The notes under the pieces were generated by a model. That model made no database searches. It worked only from the letters and a program-made list of their open reading frames with translations, and had not been told where the DNA came from. Positions 13,430 to 25,352 of a stretch of 64,000 nucleotides of DNA are shown here, one piece after another (within the stretch, counting starts at the first letter, position 1; each line of letters opens with the position of its first letter). Source of the DNA: Eledone cirrhosa (taxonomy: Eukaryota); NCBI GenBank assembly GCA_964016885.1, contig OZ024740.1, positions 182,652,001 through 182,716,000 on the forward strand. The letters are read 5' to 3'. Position numbers and translations under genes: made by a program.

Positions 13430-14591
13430 AAGAGTGAAGAATAACATGGTGAACAATACAAGAATGGTTTTATTTACAGTATTAACAATTGTTTCATTGA
13501 TTAAGTTGTCTAAAAATTGCTAATCACTTGAAGTTCAATAAAATCTGGCAGCTTAAAGATACAAACCAAGAATACTGGATTAGCTGGTCGAAACTGTCAG
13601 GGGCAAAGACCTACAGAAATGGAATGTCCCACTGCAGATTTTGAAATATGGAGTTGCTCCATATTTTAAAATATGACAAAATGCTGCTTAACAGCAAAAT
13701 TGAACGGTCAATTTTCTGTAGGCATAAAGCAGCTACTAAATTCGCTAATTTCAAACCAACTTGATTCAACCCAACAATTCCATAATTTAAACTGTACCAC
13801 CTGAGTCTATTATAATAACCCATTATTATTATTATTAACTGTCAATAAATCAACTAATCACTGAATCAACATCATAACCCCCTTAACTTTTCTCTCTTTC
13901 ACTCTATTCACCTCTTACATTATATCCTATCATATTCTCTTCACTTCTAACATAGCTTCCAATTTATTAATTTATTAATTTAACCAATACATATATGTAT
14001 ATATTTAGTATTTAATTTATACCATCACATCTTTATATTTTAACCACCAACACTACAACTATTTTCAACAATCATATTATGTTCACTTTTCTTTGCACAC
14101 ATATACATTTTTTAATGTATTTTTTATCATCTTCATTCTAACTTATTTATATTTATTTATTATTTTTTCTTTATCTTTTTTTCTTTTTTCTCTTTTCTTT
14201 TTTCTTTTTTCTTTTTCTCTCTTTTTATTTTTTTATTTTTCATTCTTTATTACTGATGTTGTGATTTAAATTTTCCTCCTAGTATATTACAAACGCCATG
14301 TATAATTTTAATCAGTTTTTCTGATGATTTGGTTAAGCATATATTGTATTTAAAATTGAGTGACACAACTTCAAGTGATTAGCAATTTTTAGACAACTTA
14401 ATCAATGAAACAATTGTTAATACTGTAAATAAAACCCTTTTTGTACTGTTGACCATGTTATTCTTCACCCTTTCACTATTATTACTCACAAACTCGCTAC
14501 CTAAGGAAACCTCTTGTACGCTAAATCTATCCACAATATGGAGTTTTCACAACCTCTAACTGGATTACCTATAACAATAATTTGTTACCTC

Positions 14592-14592
<1 letters not shown>
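13425..14592 (+). mobile_element. 5'-truncated Penelope-like element with inverted pseudo-LTR fragment
   Basis: 13537-13764 translates NKIWQLKDTNQEYWISWSKL...CRF*NME...LLNSKIERSIFCRHK, the GIY-YIG domain C-terminus; 13426-13534 is the reverse complement of 14368-14477; TA tracts on both sides. Confidence 0.85.
14313..14425 (+). ncRNA. Type I hammerhead ribozyme with about 60-nt loop II
   Basis: cagttttt CTGATGA t-ttggttaag...cttaatcaa-t GAAAC aatt GTT aatactg. Confidence 0.65.
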
Positions 14593-14614
<22 letters not shown>

Positions 14615-14624
<10 letters not shown>

Positions 14625-14860
14625 TTATTAGTACAGATTAAGAGTTTATGCCAAAAACTTATGATTTGACCCTAAGCAGGATCATCTGAAACTAAGAAAA
14701 ATCAATCTGTAGATACAGAAATAAATATTTTAAAATAGTTATAACCAAATATTGCTTTAAGAAAACAAAAAAGAGATAGCGGAAGTGCATGGCGACATTT
14801 CCTAGAGACGAGTGAAGGAGAATTACATCATTATGTCAAGTGTTTATGGCAGGAGCAGAA
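14615..14860 (-). mobile_element. PLE pseudo-LTR fragment of the same family as 31631-33010
   Basis: Collinear with 31631-31760 (cagatta...ctgaaactaa...caatctgta); decayed CAGAUGA hammerhead-like motif at 14643-14693. Confidence 0.6.
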
Positions 14861-15044
14861 CTATATAAATTTCATCTGCCATCATGGCATTTTCTGAATC
14901 AGTAGCCAATCGGTTGATGGCATTGTGATGATGCATAGGGATTTAAGTTGCTAATGTTTTACTGTGTGAGCCATCACATTCACTGTCATAGCTGACACAG
15001 ACCGGAATCGAATTCTGTCGGTCGATTGGTTATCGATTAGACAA

Positions 15045-15158
15045 AACCTGCTGATGAAGCCACATGCACCGATTGTGTATTTTTGCATAATAAATGCAAA
15101 TGGGGTATGATGTGCACTTTATTGCTGCTTTATGTGTGGCTGAAACTCGAGTACAGTT
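15045..15158 (+). ncRNA. Type I hammerhead ribozyme with large stem II insertion
   Basis: aacctg CTGATGA (15051-15057) agccacat...gtgtggct GAAAC TCGA GTA cagtt; palindromic stem III ACUCGAGU. Confidence 0.8.
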
Positions 15159-15317
15159 ATAGATTGAAAGTACCCATTTACGTGTGTTGTATTGAAGCAA
15201 ATAACTGTGTATATTCTAGGATTTTACATAATATTACCTATTGAGTACTCTGAGATGCAGCCGGTACTAGCAGTGAAACCCATGCTAATCGCATCAACTT
15301 ATTATATATATATATGT

Positions 15318-15730
15318 ATGAATGTATATATAGTGTATTTTGCAATACACTGTATGCTTAATTAAAAGCATTCATATATATATCGCTATTTCAGAGCACC
15401 AATTCTAATTTTCAATTTCTGCTTGACCGGCAACCGCTCTGTATAATCAGTTCCTGATTATTACTAGAATTCTATAAGAATCAAACATTCATGAATTTCA
15501 GCAAACAGGTGGAGTACTTAGCTTTGATAAGTACCAACAAGTACGAAACAGAGCTCTGTCAGCTTTATCTCCCCTGTTTGCTGAAAATTTAAAGTAAGTA
15601 AGACTGTCACTACTCTAAAACAATAGCGTAAGGACTTCGAAATGCTTTTAATTAAACATACAGTGTATTTCAAAATACACTATATATACATTCATATATA
15701 TATCGCTATTTCAGAGCACCAATTCCAATA
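15318..15730 (+). mobile_element. Retrozyme/pseudo-LTR-like unit (320-bp period) with inverted 5' piece
   Basis: cattcatatatatatcgctatttcagagcacc repeats 320 bp apart; about 15318-15372 is the reverse complement of 15641-15695; TA flanks. Confidence 0.75.
15520..15564 (+). ncRNA. Hammerhead ribozyme with mutated core (UUGAUAA)
   Basis: agct TTGATAA gtac-caacaa-gtac GAAAC agagctct GTC agct; extended stem ttcagcaaacagg/cctgtttgctgaa. Confidence 0.7.
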
Positions 15731-15877
15731 TATATATATATAATAAATGTAATCTGAATTTTTCGAATATTAATAATAATATTCGATTCATTTGCAATTA
15801 TGCAAACAAGCATCATTTTTAAAGCCATGTCAGTAGAATAAGCCCCTTAATCTAGCTCTTGTGTTGGCATCTAAACA

Positions 15878-15927
15878 GAACTGCAGACACTAATGTTTCT
15901 GGATAGTACCCTTCATCAGTACAGCTC
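15878..15927 (-). ncRNA. Type I hammerhead ribozyme
   Basis: Minus strand reads gagctgta CTGATGA a-gggt-act-atcc-a GAAAC a-ttag-t GTC tgcagttc; 8-bp stem I, GUC cleavage triplet. Confidence 0.82.
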
Positions 15928-15971
15928 ACTGTTCACCTGCCAACTGTCAGAGCTAGTGAAAATATACAGTG

Positions 15972-16072
15972 ACTGATCGACCTGATTTGAATATTAGAAG
16001 ACTGGCTGATCAGTCAGATCTGCATATTAGCAGATCCACTGATCAGCCAGATTTGCATATCAGCAGACTGGC
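15972..16072. repeat. About 32-bp tandem repeat, 3 copies, next to the 15878-15927 hammerhead
   Basis: ctgatcagtcagatctgcatattagcaga-like units. Confidence 0.75.
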
Positions 16073-16147
16073 CAGTCAGTTTCCTGTATACGAGCGATCA
16101 ATGGGCGGCTTTGCCACATTCAAATAAAAAAAATGATATATATATAT

Positions 16148-17100
16148 ATGAAAAATGGCGTTCGGCGTGGTTGCACATGGGTTACATATGAATAAAATTA
16201 GTCCTTCATCAGTGATCTTCCAACCTTCATTGGTATTTCTTAGCTTTAAATATCATATACCTCTGGTTGGTGCGAGCACTAACTAAAGAAAGTTATTGGG
16301 ACACGTAAAATAGGGTGAAGCGAGCGAGACATGTAAACAAACATAGATGGTAATGCAACGGAAAGAGAGGAAGAGGAGAAACAAGTCCGTGATATCTATG
16401 AACTAAAGTTCGGTGAAATCATAAACGAGAGGTAAAGACCATCCGACCTGGGTGAGATGTGAGCGAGAAAAGGATTTCACACATTTATGAAAAATGGCAT
16501 GCTGCGTGGTTGCACATGGGTTACATAGAAATACCAATGAAAGTTGGAAGATCACTGATGAAGGACTAATTCTATTCATATGTAACCCATGTGCAACCAC
16601 GGAGCACGCCATTTTTCATATATTTATATTTTTTCCTCCGCTGCGACCTATCTGTTTCTTTCTTACTGCTCCCGCTTTCTCTGTATCTCTCACCTTCTTT
16701 TTATCCCCTCTGCCGGTCGCTCTCTCTCGGCTGGCCTCTTCCTCACACTTTCACTCACTCACTCTCTGCTTCTCCCCCTCTCGCACTTCCTCCCGTTTGA
16801 CCTGTGTGAAATCCTTTTCTCGCTCACATCTCACCCAGGTCGGATGGTCTTTACCTCTCGTCTATGATTTCACTGAACTTAAGTTCATAGATATCACAGA
16901 CTTGTTTTTCCTCTTCCTATCTTTCCGTTCGTTGCATTACCATCTCCATTTTTTTACATGTCTCACTCGCTTCACCCTAATTTACGCGTCCCAATACCTT
17001 TTTTTAGTTATTGCTGCCACCAACCAGAGGTATATGATCTTTAAAGCGAAGAAATACCAATGAAGGTTGGAAGATCACTGATGAAGGACTAATTTTATTT
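16148..17100. mobile_element. TA-flanked non-coding element: inverted partial copy plus a 523-bp-period tandem of just over one unit
   Basis: 16148-16482 is the reverse complement of segments within 16528-17100; gaaataccaatg repeats at 16528 and 17051; homologous to 62387-63322. Confidence 0.75.
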
Positions 17101-17149
17101 ATATATATATATATATACACAAATAAAAATTATAAAAATTGGGTATAAA

Positions 17150-18800
17150 GGTAAATTGTATTTTGTTACCACATCATTGCGTATATCATCAGCATAGTGT
17201 CCATACCATCTAATAGGATATAGCATTTGGCTGTAATACAAAATTGTTTTATGCAGTTTCCGTTTACAAGCTGAAATAGTTTCAGATTTTTTGTATAAGA
17301 TTTGTTTGTTGACAGAAAATATTTCCTGACTAGAGGCCAGTAGATCCTATTGATACAATTGCATTTGAAACTAACTTCAGGATTGTTTATATTATTATGG
17401 CTAAGGTAACTTAGTTAAGTTAGATGCAGTGATGTTGTATGAATCATGGAATAGGATATTTTAACTGTGTTTATATAAAAAATCTTGTGATATTTATGTG
17501 CTAAGGGTAGATGTTTCCTAATTAAAGTAAAGCTTTAGCCATTGGTGTGGCCACTTCCATATTATATGGTTGGTTATCATCATATAATAAAGGGAGGAGT
17601 GTCGGACTGTGTCCTGAATATATATTTTTCTCCTGTTAGTAAAACAAGTTGGATTACTTTGAATAAATAATTGTTTCTACTTTTGGCACAAGGCCACCAG
17701 TTATCCAAGTGCATTATTTTATCGACCCCTTAAGGATGAAAGGCAAAGTTAAACTCGGCAGGATTTGAACTCAGAACGTAAAGGGCCGTAGCTCTGTATC
17801 GCAAAGCATAGCGTCTGACCCTCCACCAATACTGCCAATCCACTACCCTAAATAAATAATGAATGAATATTACATAATTTATGTACTAAATTTCGTAACT
17901 CTTGATTAAATATAAATAATTCTATTGCTTATTTCAAGAGGCACTTCTTTTAAAATTTTCAAATGTCATTAATTCCGCTTATGATATAATGGATGCTATA
18001 TCACATCTCTTATATAAACGTTCATATATTTGCATCGTTATATAAGGTTAACATTTCTGGTGCTAATTTTCTCCTTTTTTGTTTCCATAAAATGTTGCCA
18101 TAATGCAGTTTATATATATTATCTTTTTTAAATATATCATGGATTAATTTACTGATTACAGTTTGTGCATATTCTTAATTACGATTTTATTTGATGTATC
18201 CTATCTACATACATATATATTTGCATATAATATCGATATGCACACTACACATGCTAGCAGAAAACCACCCAAAGGGTTGTTTTTCTACTAGTAACATATA
18301 ATGCATCTAAATATAGTTTTAGGTTTTTCTTCATACCTATTGTATTCTACCTTATCGAGAAATCCACTCAAAGCTCGAGCTTCATTATAATATGTGGAAT
18401 GATCAGTGAGGATACGCTCATTAGCTGATGAATGAGAAAGCATCAAGGAGAGGTTTTTGGCTAGCTTTTTATTTATACTGACTGGATGGTTAGAATGGTT
18501 ACTAATGTAATTCAATGTTTTGTTAGGTTTTCTATACATAAAGTACATACTGTTTGACACATTGTGTGTCACATGGAGGAAATTCACAACAGATGTGCAT
18601 GTGAAGTCAGGAGTAGAAAACACAGGTGCTCACAGTCAAATATTTCTTCCTAAATATACATACATCATATTAGACTATTTGTGTGTTAGGTATATAGAGC
18701 TTATTTTTTTTAAACATCTTGTGGCAATCAGAATAAGAAGGAATTATATTCATGTGAACATGTACATAAGTCTAAAATGTAAATACCTTTTAATAAACAT
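17150..18800 (-). mobile_element. Decayed Penelope-like element (RT thumb to GIY-YIG C-terminus), interrupted by a SINE
   Basis: YRKPNKTLNYISNHSNHP (ORF 18288-18623), IIW, NTVKISYS (about 17450) and CKRKLHKTILYYSQMLYP (about 17210-17270) align by eye with the PLE proteins at 22 kb and 32.6 kb. Confidence 0.75.
17667..17848 (-). mobile_element. tRNA-derived SINE family A
   Basis: Collinear with other copies; aataaataat flanking duplication. Confidence 0.88.
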
Positions 18801-19043
18801 ATATGTCCACGAAGATTAATGGTAACATTTTAAATAAGACAGTTAAAACAATTTCTAGTTTGAATTTAAATGTTGAATTGATAATATGAATTGAAAATAT
18901 CAGCATATGTTTCATCATAGTTGATAATTTATTTTGTTTTATTTTGTTTTGGGATTTCTTAATGGAAAAGGCAAATGTAGAAAATGGAATGCTAGCAGTT
19001 ATAGCTTAACATGTTAAAAGTCTGAGAATATTTATTAGTAATA

Positions 19044-19221
19044 TAATTGTTTCTACGTTTGGCACAAGGCCAGCAATTACCCAGTGCATTACTGGTACTT
19101 TATTTTATCGACCCCCGTAAGGATGAAAGGCAAAGTCAACCTCGGCGGGATTTGAACTCAGATCGTAAAGGGACGTAACTATGCTGGAAAGCATGGCGTC
19201 TGACCCTCTACCGATACTGCC
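19044..19221 (-). mobile_element. tRNA-derived SINE family A
   Basis: Nearly identical to the reverse complement of 11782-11971. Confidence 0.92.
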
Positions 19222-20292
19222 AAAATGCCAACGGCTAGTAATGTCTTTGTAATAGATTCAGAGTCTTTACAGTCTAAGAACATAGTTCATCTGGCATGGT
19301 GCACAGAAAAAGTATTTTAAAAATAACACCTGCCTCAGGCCCAGGCATATAGCTATAACCATTGGTTCCTTTTCATGTGGCATTGAGTTAATATAATTGG
19401 AATTGCTTTAGAGTTAAAGAGTTATCATACCACATATGAAATACATATAAAATATTTCTTTTATTGTTTTTAATTGCAGTGGACCTTAAAAATCAGTAAA
19501 TGTGAAAATGTTTGTATATTGAGAAAATAATAGCTGTTGCTGTTATAGGTGATCAGCCCAATTTTTTTGAGGAATTAATATTTTAGCAATTTATAATTGA
19601 ATTGTTACTCTCCAGTATTAGCTCATGTTTAAGTGATCAATTTAGAAATAAGAATAAATGTGGTTCATAGATTTGTAAAGCATTCATTTTAATGTCAACA
19701 TAATTTTTTTATAGTAGTATTTTAAATATTTCATAATGGGCTCTATAATTACAGCTGTTTAGTTTGATAGAGTGGGACTTTAAACAATATTGCGATTTTA
19801 ATTTCCTTGAAATCCTTTCTCCTATTTCCAAATTGCTTTTAGTCATTTAAATTTTAAATGTCAATGAAGTATGAGATGGATTGAGTTCCAAGACACAACT
19901 ATAAAATGTAATACAACCACCAAAAGGAAAATACACAAGATTCAGCTTGATTTATGAATTTTCTTCATGATTTGAGGATTACCTGAATGTTATGAATCAA
20001 AAGAAAGCAGCCGAAATGACAGATTCATTTATTGAATAGAAGAAATAAACCATACTGCATTATGATAATATGAAATTTACAGCTGACTTGAAATTACACA
20101 TGATCAAGGAAATTATATATATTTCCTTATGAGTAAATTTAATCCATTATCGGAAATAAAGACATACTTTTGAAGAACTATGAAAAGAAAAGCAGAACAT
20201 ATGGAATATTAAAGAAATACTATTTATATTACTATTTTTTCAGAACTTCAACATATATAAACACAATTGTCATGATTTCAGACCTTACTGCC

Positions 20293-20323
<31 letters not shown>

Positions 20324-20324
20324 A

Positions 20325-20500
20325 TCATCATCATTTTTATGACCGTTTTTCCACACTTGAATGGGTTAGATGGGTCCATTTCAGCACAGTGTCTCTCCAC
20401 TTGCGATGTTTCTTCATCTCTTCTGAGTCTCAACATCTTGAGGTCAGCTCCCACCATATCTACCAAGGTCTTTCTCAATGTACCTCTACTGTGGCTTCAA
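20325..20500 (-). mobile_element. RTE LINE 3' fragment
   Basis: Resembles the RTE C-terminus (RKT..DMVGADLKMLRL) with (ATG)n tail. Confidence 0.6.
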
Positions 20501-20559
20501 TGCACTGGCAGAGAAAATGTGGTTATATATATGTATATATATATAGAGAGTATGGTAAG

Positions 20560-20832
20560 TTCTTTAACTCCTGATAGATTTGTAGGGGTGCCGTATTGAC
20601 ATACAGCATTTCTTTGGCATGTTAAGCCTGGCAGAGCCCATACCTGTCCAGACCTGAGTACAGCAGAATTTTCCAGAGAGAGGAAGATTCTAGACTGCTC
20701 CTTTTTAATCGGCCTCGAAAGGATGAAAGGCAAAATTAACCTCACCGGGATTTGAACTCAGAGAACAGAGAGCCGGAACGAATATCGTAAAGCATTCTAT
20801 ACGATGTATCTATGACTCTGCCAATTTGCCAC
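20560..20832 (-). mobile_element. SINE with family-A-like head and central block but a different 3' tail
   Basis: B box gagttcaaatccc and ttttgcctttcatcctttcgaggccgatt, followed by unrelated sequence. Confidence 0.55.
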
Positions 20833-20835
20833 TTA

Positions 20836-20903
<68 letters not shown>

Positions 20904-20910
20904 TATATAT

Positions 20911-21028
<118 letters not shown>

Positions 21029-21060
21029 AGATCAAAAGATGGTTAAAGGAGTTCCATGTA

Positions 21061-21127
21061 TTTTATTATGCGCATTTCAAAAACAAACATCATCATGCAA
21101 TAATATTTGTGTTTTCATCAGATAAAA
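21061..21127 (-). ncRNA. Type I hammerhead ribozyme in the PLE 3' pseudo-LTR
   Basis: Reverse complement of 24801-24867. Confidence 0.88.
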
Positions 21128-22114
21128 CAGGAGAACATGATATGAAGGCTAAAAAACACTTGTGGATAGTGCAGTTTTAAATCAACATATGAAAAGTGGT
21201 TTTAGATTGATGTGTGATATTGGGAAAAAATATTTTATTTAGAGAGGGGGGGGTTGGAAAGGATGAAAAGGGAAGGAGATGAGAGGGAGAGATGGGTGAT
21301 AGAGAGAAAGAGATAGTTTTTATAACTGAGAGGAGATATATTTTTTACATAGAGAGGTTGAAAACCGTTGGAAGATACTGTATAAATTAAAAATTTTGAA
21401 AATTAACGAAGGGAGGATATGTGCGAGGAAAAAATATTTTATTTAGGGAGGGGGGGGGGAAAGGGGGAGGACATGAGAGTGAAGGTGGAGAGGGAGAGAT
21501 GGGTGATAGAGAGAAAGAGATAGTTTTTATAACTGAGAAAAAGATATATTGTTTTAACATAGAGAGGTTGGGAACCGTTGGAAGATAATGTATAAATTAA
21601 AGGAATTTTAAAATTAACGAAGGGAAATTATGTATGAAGATAGAGAGAAAAAAATAATAATTGTGGATGAATATTCTAACGTCAAAAAAAGAAATGTATA
21701 TATTGTGGCAATTTCAAAATTAACGAAGAGAAAAATTATTAAGGTTTGTGTGTAGAAGGATTTGAGAAAAATAATGTGAAGTTAAAGTTTGTATATTGGT
21801 TGAATTGATAATATATGCGAATAAAGAGTTAATATGTATTAATAATGAGTTCGTTGATGGGGAGAAAAAAATAATAAATTAAGGATGAAATTGAGATTAA
21901 AAAGATTTATGATAGAGAGAAAAAATAATAATGATTGCGGATGAATATTGTATATGTTATGATTTTACAAGGTGAAGATAGAATGAGGGTAATGAGTAAA
22001 CAAGTATTATAGAGTGTATAATGCCCTTTAAAGTAAGGTAGATGGGTATATTTTAAAGAGGTGTATGTATATGTGCCTTTGAGAAAAGATTCTAAATTGA
22101 TAAAGAATTGAATA

Positions 22115-24505
22115 TTAACTGTATACTTTGTGAAAAGTTCTATGGAATTTATGCAGGCAGATAGAAAACAAATCTGTGCGTCTATTTATTATAGAATCTA
22201 GGTTAGAGATAATGGTACATTTTTCATTTAGGCAGAGATTACAGATTTTAGATAGAGAGCTGTTCAAGTATGAGGATGCAGAAGAAATCTTCTTCCAAAA
22301 GATGGTATATTTAATGTTTTTGTCTTTTAAGGACCATATGAGTTCTGAGAGAGCAGTGTTAGTTCTTTTAAGTTTGTATTTGAAAGATGAATGATGATTA
22401 TAGAGACGAGCTTTAAAAGAGGTGGAAGTGGAGCCAAAATAGGTGAAGGAATTGGTGCTAGTTATAATTTTACATTCATAAATTAAGTTTTTATCGAGAC
22501 AATGGTTGTTGAGAGGACATTTATTTTTAATGCGGCAGTTGCAATTAGAGAGATTATTAATGAGTGATCTAGTGTTATCTATAGAAGGAATTGGATTGGA
22601 GAAGTTGTTTGCGATAGGAATAATAGGAATAATAGTTTCTTGATTTAGAGTTGGATTATGAACATTTAGCGAAGTTGTGTTTGACGTTGTATTTGGGTTT
22701 ACAGAAGTTAGCCTAGGGTTTACAATGACGTCGGGAGTACTATTACTGTTATTATGAAATTCAATATTGGAAGGAAGAGATTTAGTATTTAGTATTTTAT
22801 TGTTGTGTTTAGAGATGATGTTGGAAATATTGGAGGATGTAGAATACGAAAATTTGATGGTGTGTTTGTTAAATATTTTACTATAGATATGTGAGGGAGG
22901 GAAGCATTTATTTAAGGCACTAAAGAATAATTTAGGAATATTGTTATTAATAGAGATGGAGAAAGGAACATTATACCAGATTATGTTTTTGTATCTAGGT
23001 CTTTTATTAAAATTATTGGAATGGTCATGATTAATTATTCTACTGTAAGTTTTTCTAGAATTTGTTTCTTTACTATATTTGATTTTATCTGGATAGCCGG
23101 CTTTAGAAAGTGCGTTATTATAGTAATTGGCGTTAGCAACAAAGATGTTTTTATTAGAAGATATGTTAGATATTCTATTTCCAATATTATTAACTATAGC
23201 ATTCTTGATATTGGTAGGATGGTTAGATTTAAAGTTAACATAATTAAGGTTCTCATTGTTTTTATGGTAAGGGTAATATAGGCCAGTGTCAAGATTAAGA
23301 GATACATCCAAGAAATTAGCTAGTTTGATACTATTATCAAATTCAATTTTTAGGTTATGTTGGTTAAAGAGATTACGTATATTGTTCTTAATAATATTAA
23401 GGTTGACTATATTGCAATTTAGGATAGTAAAGAGTCCATCGTCACGATAAATTCCACCGCGAAGTTGAGGAATTTTCCGACTCAAAGAGTTCAAAATGAA
23501 GATACCAATTAAATCAGTCAATTGGGATGAATCAGATGCTCCCATTGTGATGTCGAAGTTGTTAGAGGTATCGGCTCTGGTCCAATATTCGTTGTTGAAC
23601 TCTAGGATGGTTTTACGTGCGGTGAGGATGATGTGAAGTTCATCTGTGGTGATGTCAGAATATTTAAGTGCGAAAGATAGAGCATTATTGAGAAGTGAAG
23701 GCGAAATGGAGGAATAGTAGCTGGCAATATCAAATTGAATAAATTTTAGTTTGTTTTTATTATCCAATTTGTTGAACCAGCCAATCACTTCAGAAGTACC
23801 AAACCATAAATTTAGGTTCAAAGAAGAGCAATTAGAACTAACCTGTGGGATAATTCTATCCAAGATGGCTTTACTAACAACCCCCAGATCAGATTTAGAG
23901 GGGGCGATTAATCTAACAGGTAGTTCAGTGCGAAAATTGTTTTTGTGATCTTTGAGATTTATCCTCGGAGTTCTTGGGAGGAATGGTTCGGTCTTTTTTT
24001 CAATGCCAAGTTTTGACATAATCTCATAGGCTTCAAGGTTTATGCATTCTAAATTTTCATGGTTGGTTTTACGATACTTTTTCCTAAGTTCCTTTAGGAT
24101 AAAGTTGTTATAATTATCCTTGGAAATACCATATAGGTTATTGGTTTTGTCAGAGTGGACTAAAACATTTTTTGAGGAATTTAGGTTAGAGATTGTGTTC
24201 TTGAGATTTACAAGGTGCTCTTGTCCTTTGTAAGGGTATCTCTTGAATTTAAGATTTTTTATTATTTTAGTTAATTCTTCCTCGAATTGTACTAGATTTT
24301 TGTTGGAAGGAGGATTTCGTCTAGAATTAAAAAGATGATCGAGGAAGTTGTGTTCTTTGGTATGAAAGTTCCCTTTTAGGCGCTGGTCATAGAAATAGGC
24401 TGTCCATCTAAGTCTTCTTACGAAGGAGTCAGTTTTTTCAATAAGAAGTTTGGTGAATTCAGATTTACCAGGTATAGATAGGTATAAAATATTTTTTCCT
24501 CGCAC
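22115..24505 (-). CDS. Penelope-like reverse transcriptase with C-terminal GIY-YIG endonuclease (796 aa, uninterrupted; true start probably clipped)
   Basis: SDKTNNLY, PVRLIAPSKS, FDIASYYSSI, FDITMGASDS, YRDDG, NFLDVSL, SNHP; CNC..CPL..CL, LIY..YFGST..FKARLYNH, CNLCLNEK, NRRTD..CLH. Confidence 0.95.
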   Translation of the reverse strand: MRGKNILYLSIPGKSEFTKLLIEKTDSFVRRLRWTAYFYDQRLKGNFHTKEHNFLDHLFNSRRNPPSNKNLVQFEEELTKIIKNLKFKRYPYKGQEHLVNLKNTISNLNSSKNVLVHSDKTNNLYGISKDNYNNFILKELRKKYRKTNHENLECINLEAYEIMSKLGIEKKTEPFLPRTPRINLKDHKNNFRTELPVRLIAPSKSDLGVVSKAILDRIIPQVSSNCSSLNLNLWFGTSEVIGWFNKLDNKNKLKFIQFDIASYYSSISPSLLNNALSFALKYSDITTDELHIILTARKTILEFNNEYWTRADTSNNFDITMGASDSSQLTDLIGIFILNSLSRKIPQLRGGIYRDDGLFTILNCNIVNLNIIKNNIRNLFNQHNLKIEFDNSIKLANFLDVSLNLDTGLYYPYHKNNENLNYVNFKSNHPTNIKNAIVNNIGNRISNISSNKNIFVANANYYNNALSKAGYPDKIKYSKETNSRKTYSRIINHDHSNNFNKRPRYKNIIWYNVPFSISINNNIPKLFFSALNKCFPPSHIYSKIFNKHTIKFSYSTSSNISNIISKHNNKILNTKSLPSNIEFHNNSNSTPDVIVNPRLTSVNPNTTSNTTSLNVHNPTLNQETIIPIIPIANNFSNPIPSIDNTRSLINNLSNCNCRIKNKCPLNNHCLDKNLIYECKIITSTNSFTYFGSTSTSFKARLYNHHSSFKYKLKRTNTALSELIWSLKDKNIKYTIFWKKISSASSYLNSSLSKICNLCLNEKCTIISNLDSIINRRTDLFSICLHKFHRTFHKVYS

Positions 24506-24800
24506 ATATCCTCCCTTCGTTAATTTTCAAAATTTTTAATTTATACAGTATCTTCCAACGGTTTTCAACCTCTCTATGTAAAAAATATATCTCCTCTCAG
24601 TAATAAAAACTATCTCTTTCTCTCTATCACCCATCTCTCCCTCTCATCTCCTTCCCTTTTCATCCTTTCCACCACCCCCCCCTCTCTAAATAAAATATTT
24701 TTTCCCAATATCACACATCAATCTAAAACCACTTTTCATATGTTGATTTAAAACTGCACTATCCACAAGTGTTTTTTAGCCTTCATATCATGTTCTCCTG

Positions 24801-24867
24801 TTTTATCTGATGAAAACACAAATATTATTGCATGATGATGTTTGTTTTTGAAATGCGCATAATAAAA
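24801..24867 (+). ncRNA. Type I hammerhead ribozyme in the inverted pseudo-LTR
   Basis: ttttat CTGATGA aaacacaaatattatt-gcat-gatgatgtttgttttt GAAA tgcgca TA ataaaa; palindromic stem III AUGCGCAU. Confidence 0.88.
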
Positions 24868-24990
24868 TACATGGAACTCCTTTAACCATCTTTTGATCTT
24901 ATATTATGCATACTCCAGTCCTACAAACTGTAGAGTGCTTCTTATCCGATATCTGCATTGCTTTATTGTACTACAATAAAACTCACCTCC

Positions 24991-25045
<55 letters not shown>

Positions 25046-25311
25046 AGAAAAAATGAAACAAACTTTCATTTCTCACTCTTAGTACGGCCGTTACTTAAAT
25101 ATAAGTATGTATACGTACATACATATATATATACAGACGCACAATAGTATGTATATATATATATACATACATGCACACATATATATATATGTACGTATGG
25201 ATTCCCCGAACATTTATTATAATGCTCAGTGTGTTTGTAAACAAACATCCCGTATTCAGCCGTAGTGTCTACCAACCATCGTTGCTCATTTGTTCAACAC
25301 TGACAAAGGAA

Positions 25312-25352
25312 CGCTGTACTAGTTTCAATCTTATTAGCTATCGTCAGCAACG
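25312..25352 (-). ncRNA. Type I hammerhead ribozyme
   Basis: Minus strand reads cgttg CTGACGA tagctaataagatt GAAAC ta GTA cagcg. Confidence 0.8.

Noticed and set aside
15972-16072. CRISPR-like array of about 32-bp repeats
   Set aside because: Repeats are contiguous with no unique spacers; eukaryotic context; no cas genes
16494-17063. 189-aa ORF
   Set aside because: Lies in a pyrimidine-rich repeat unit; the frame is not evidently conserved in the 62-63 kb homolog; no domain recognised
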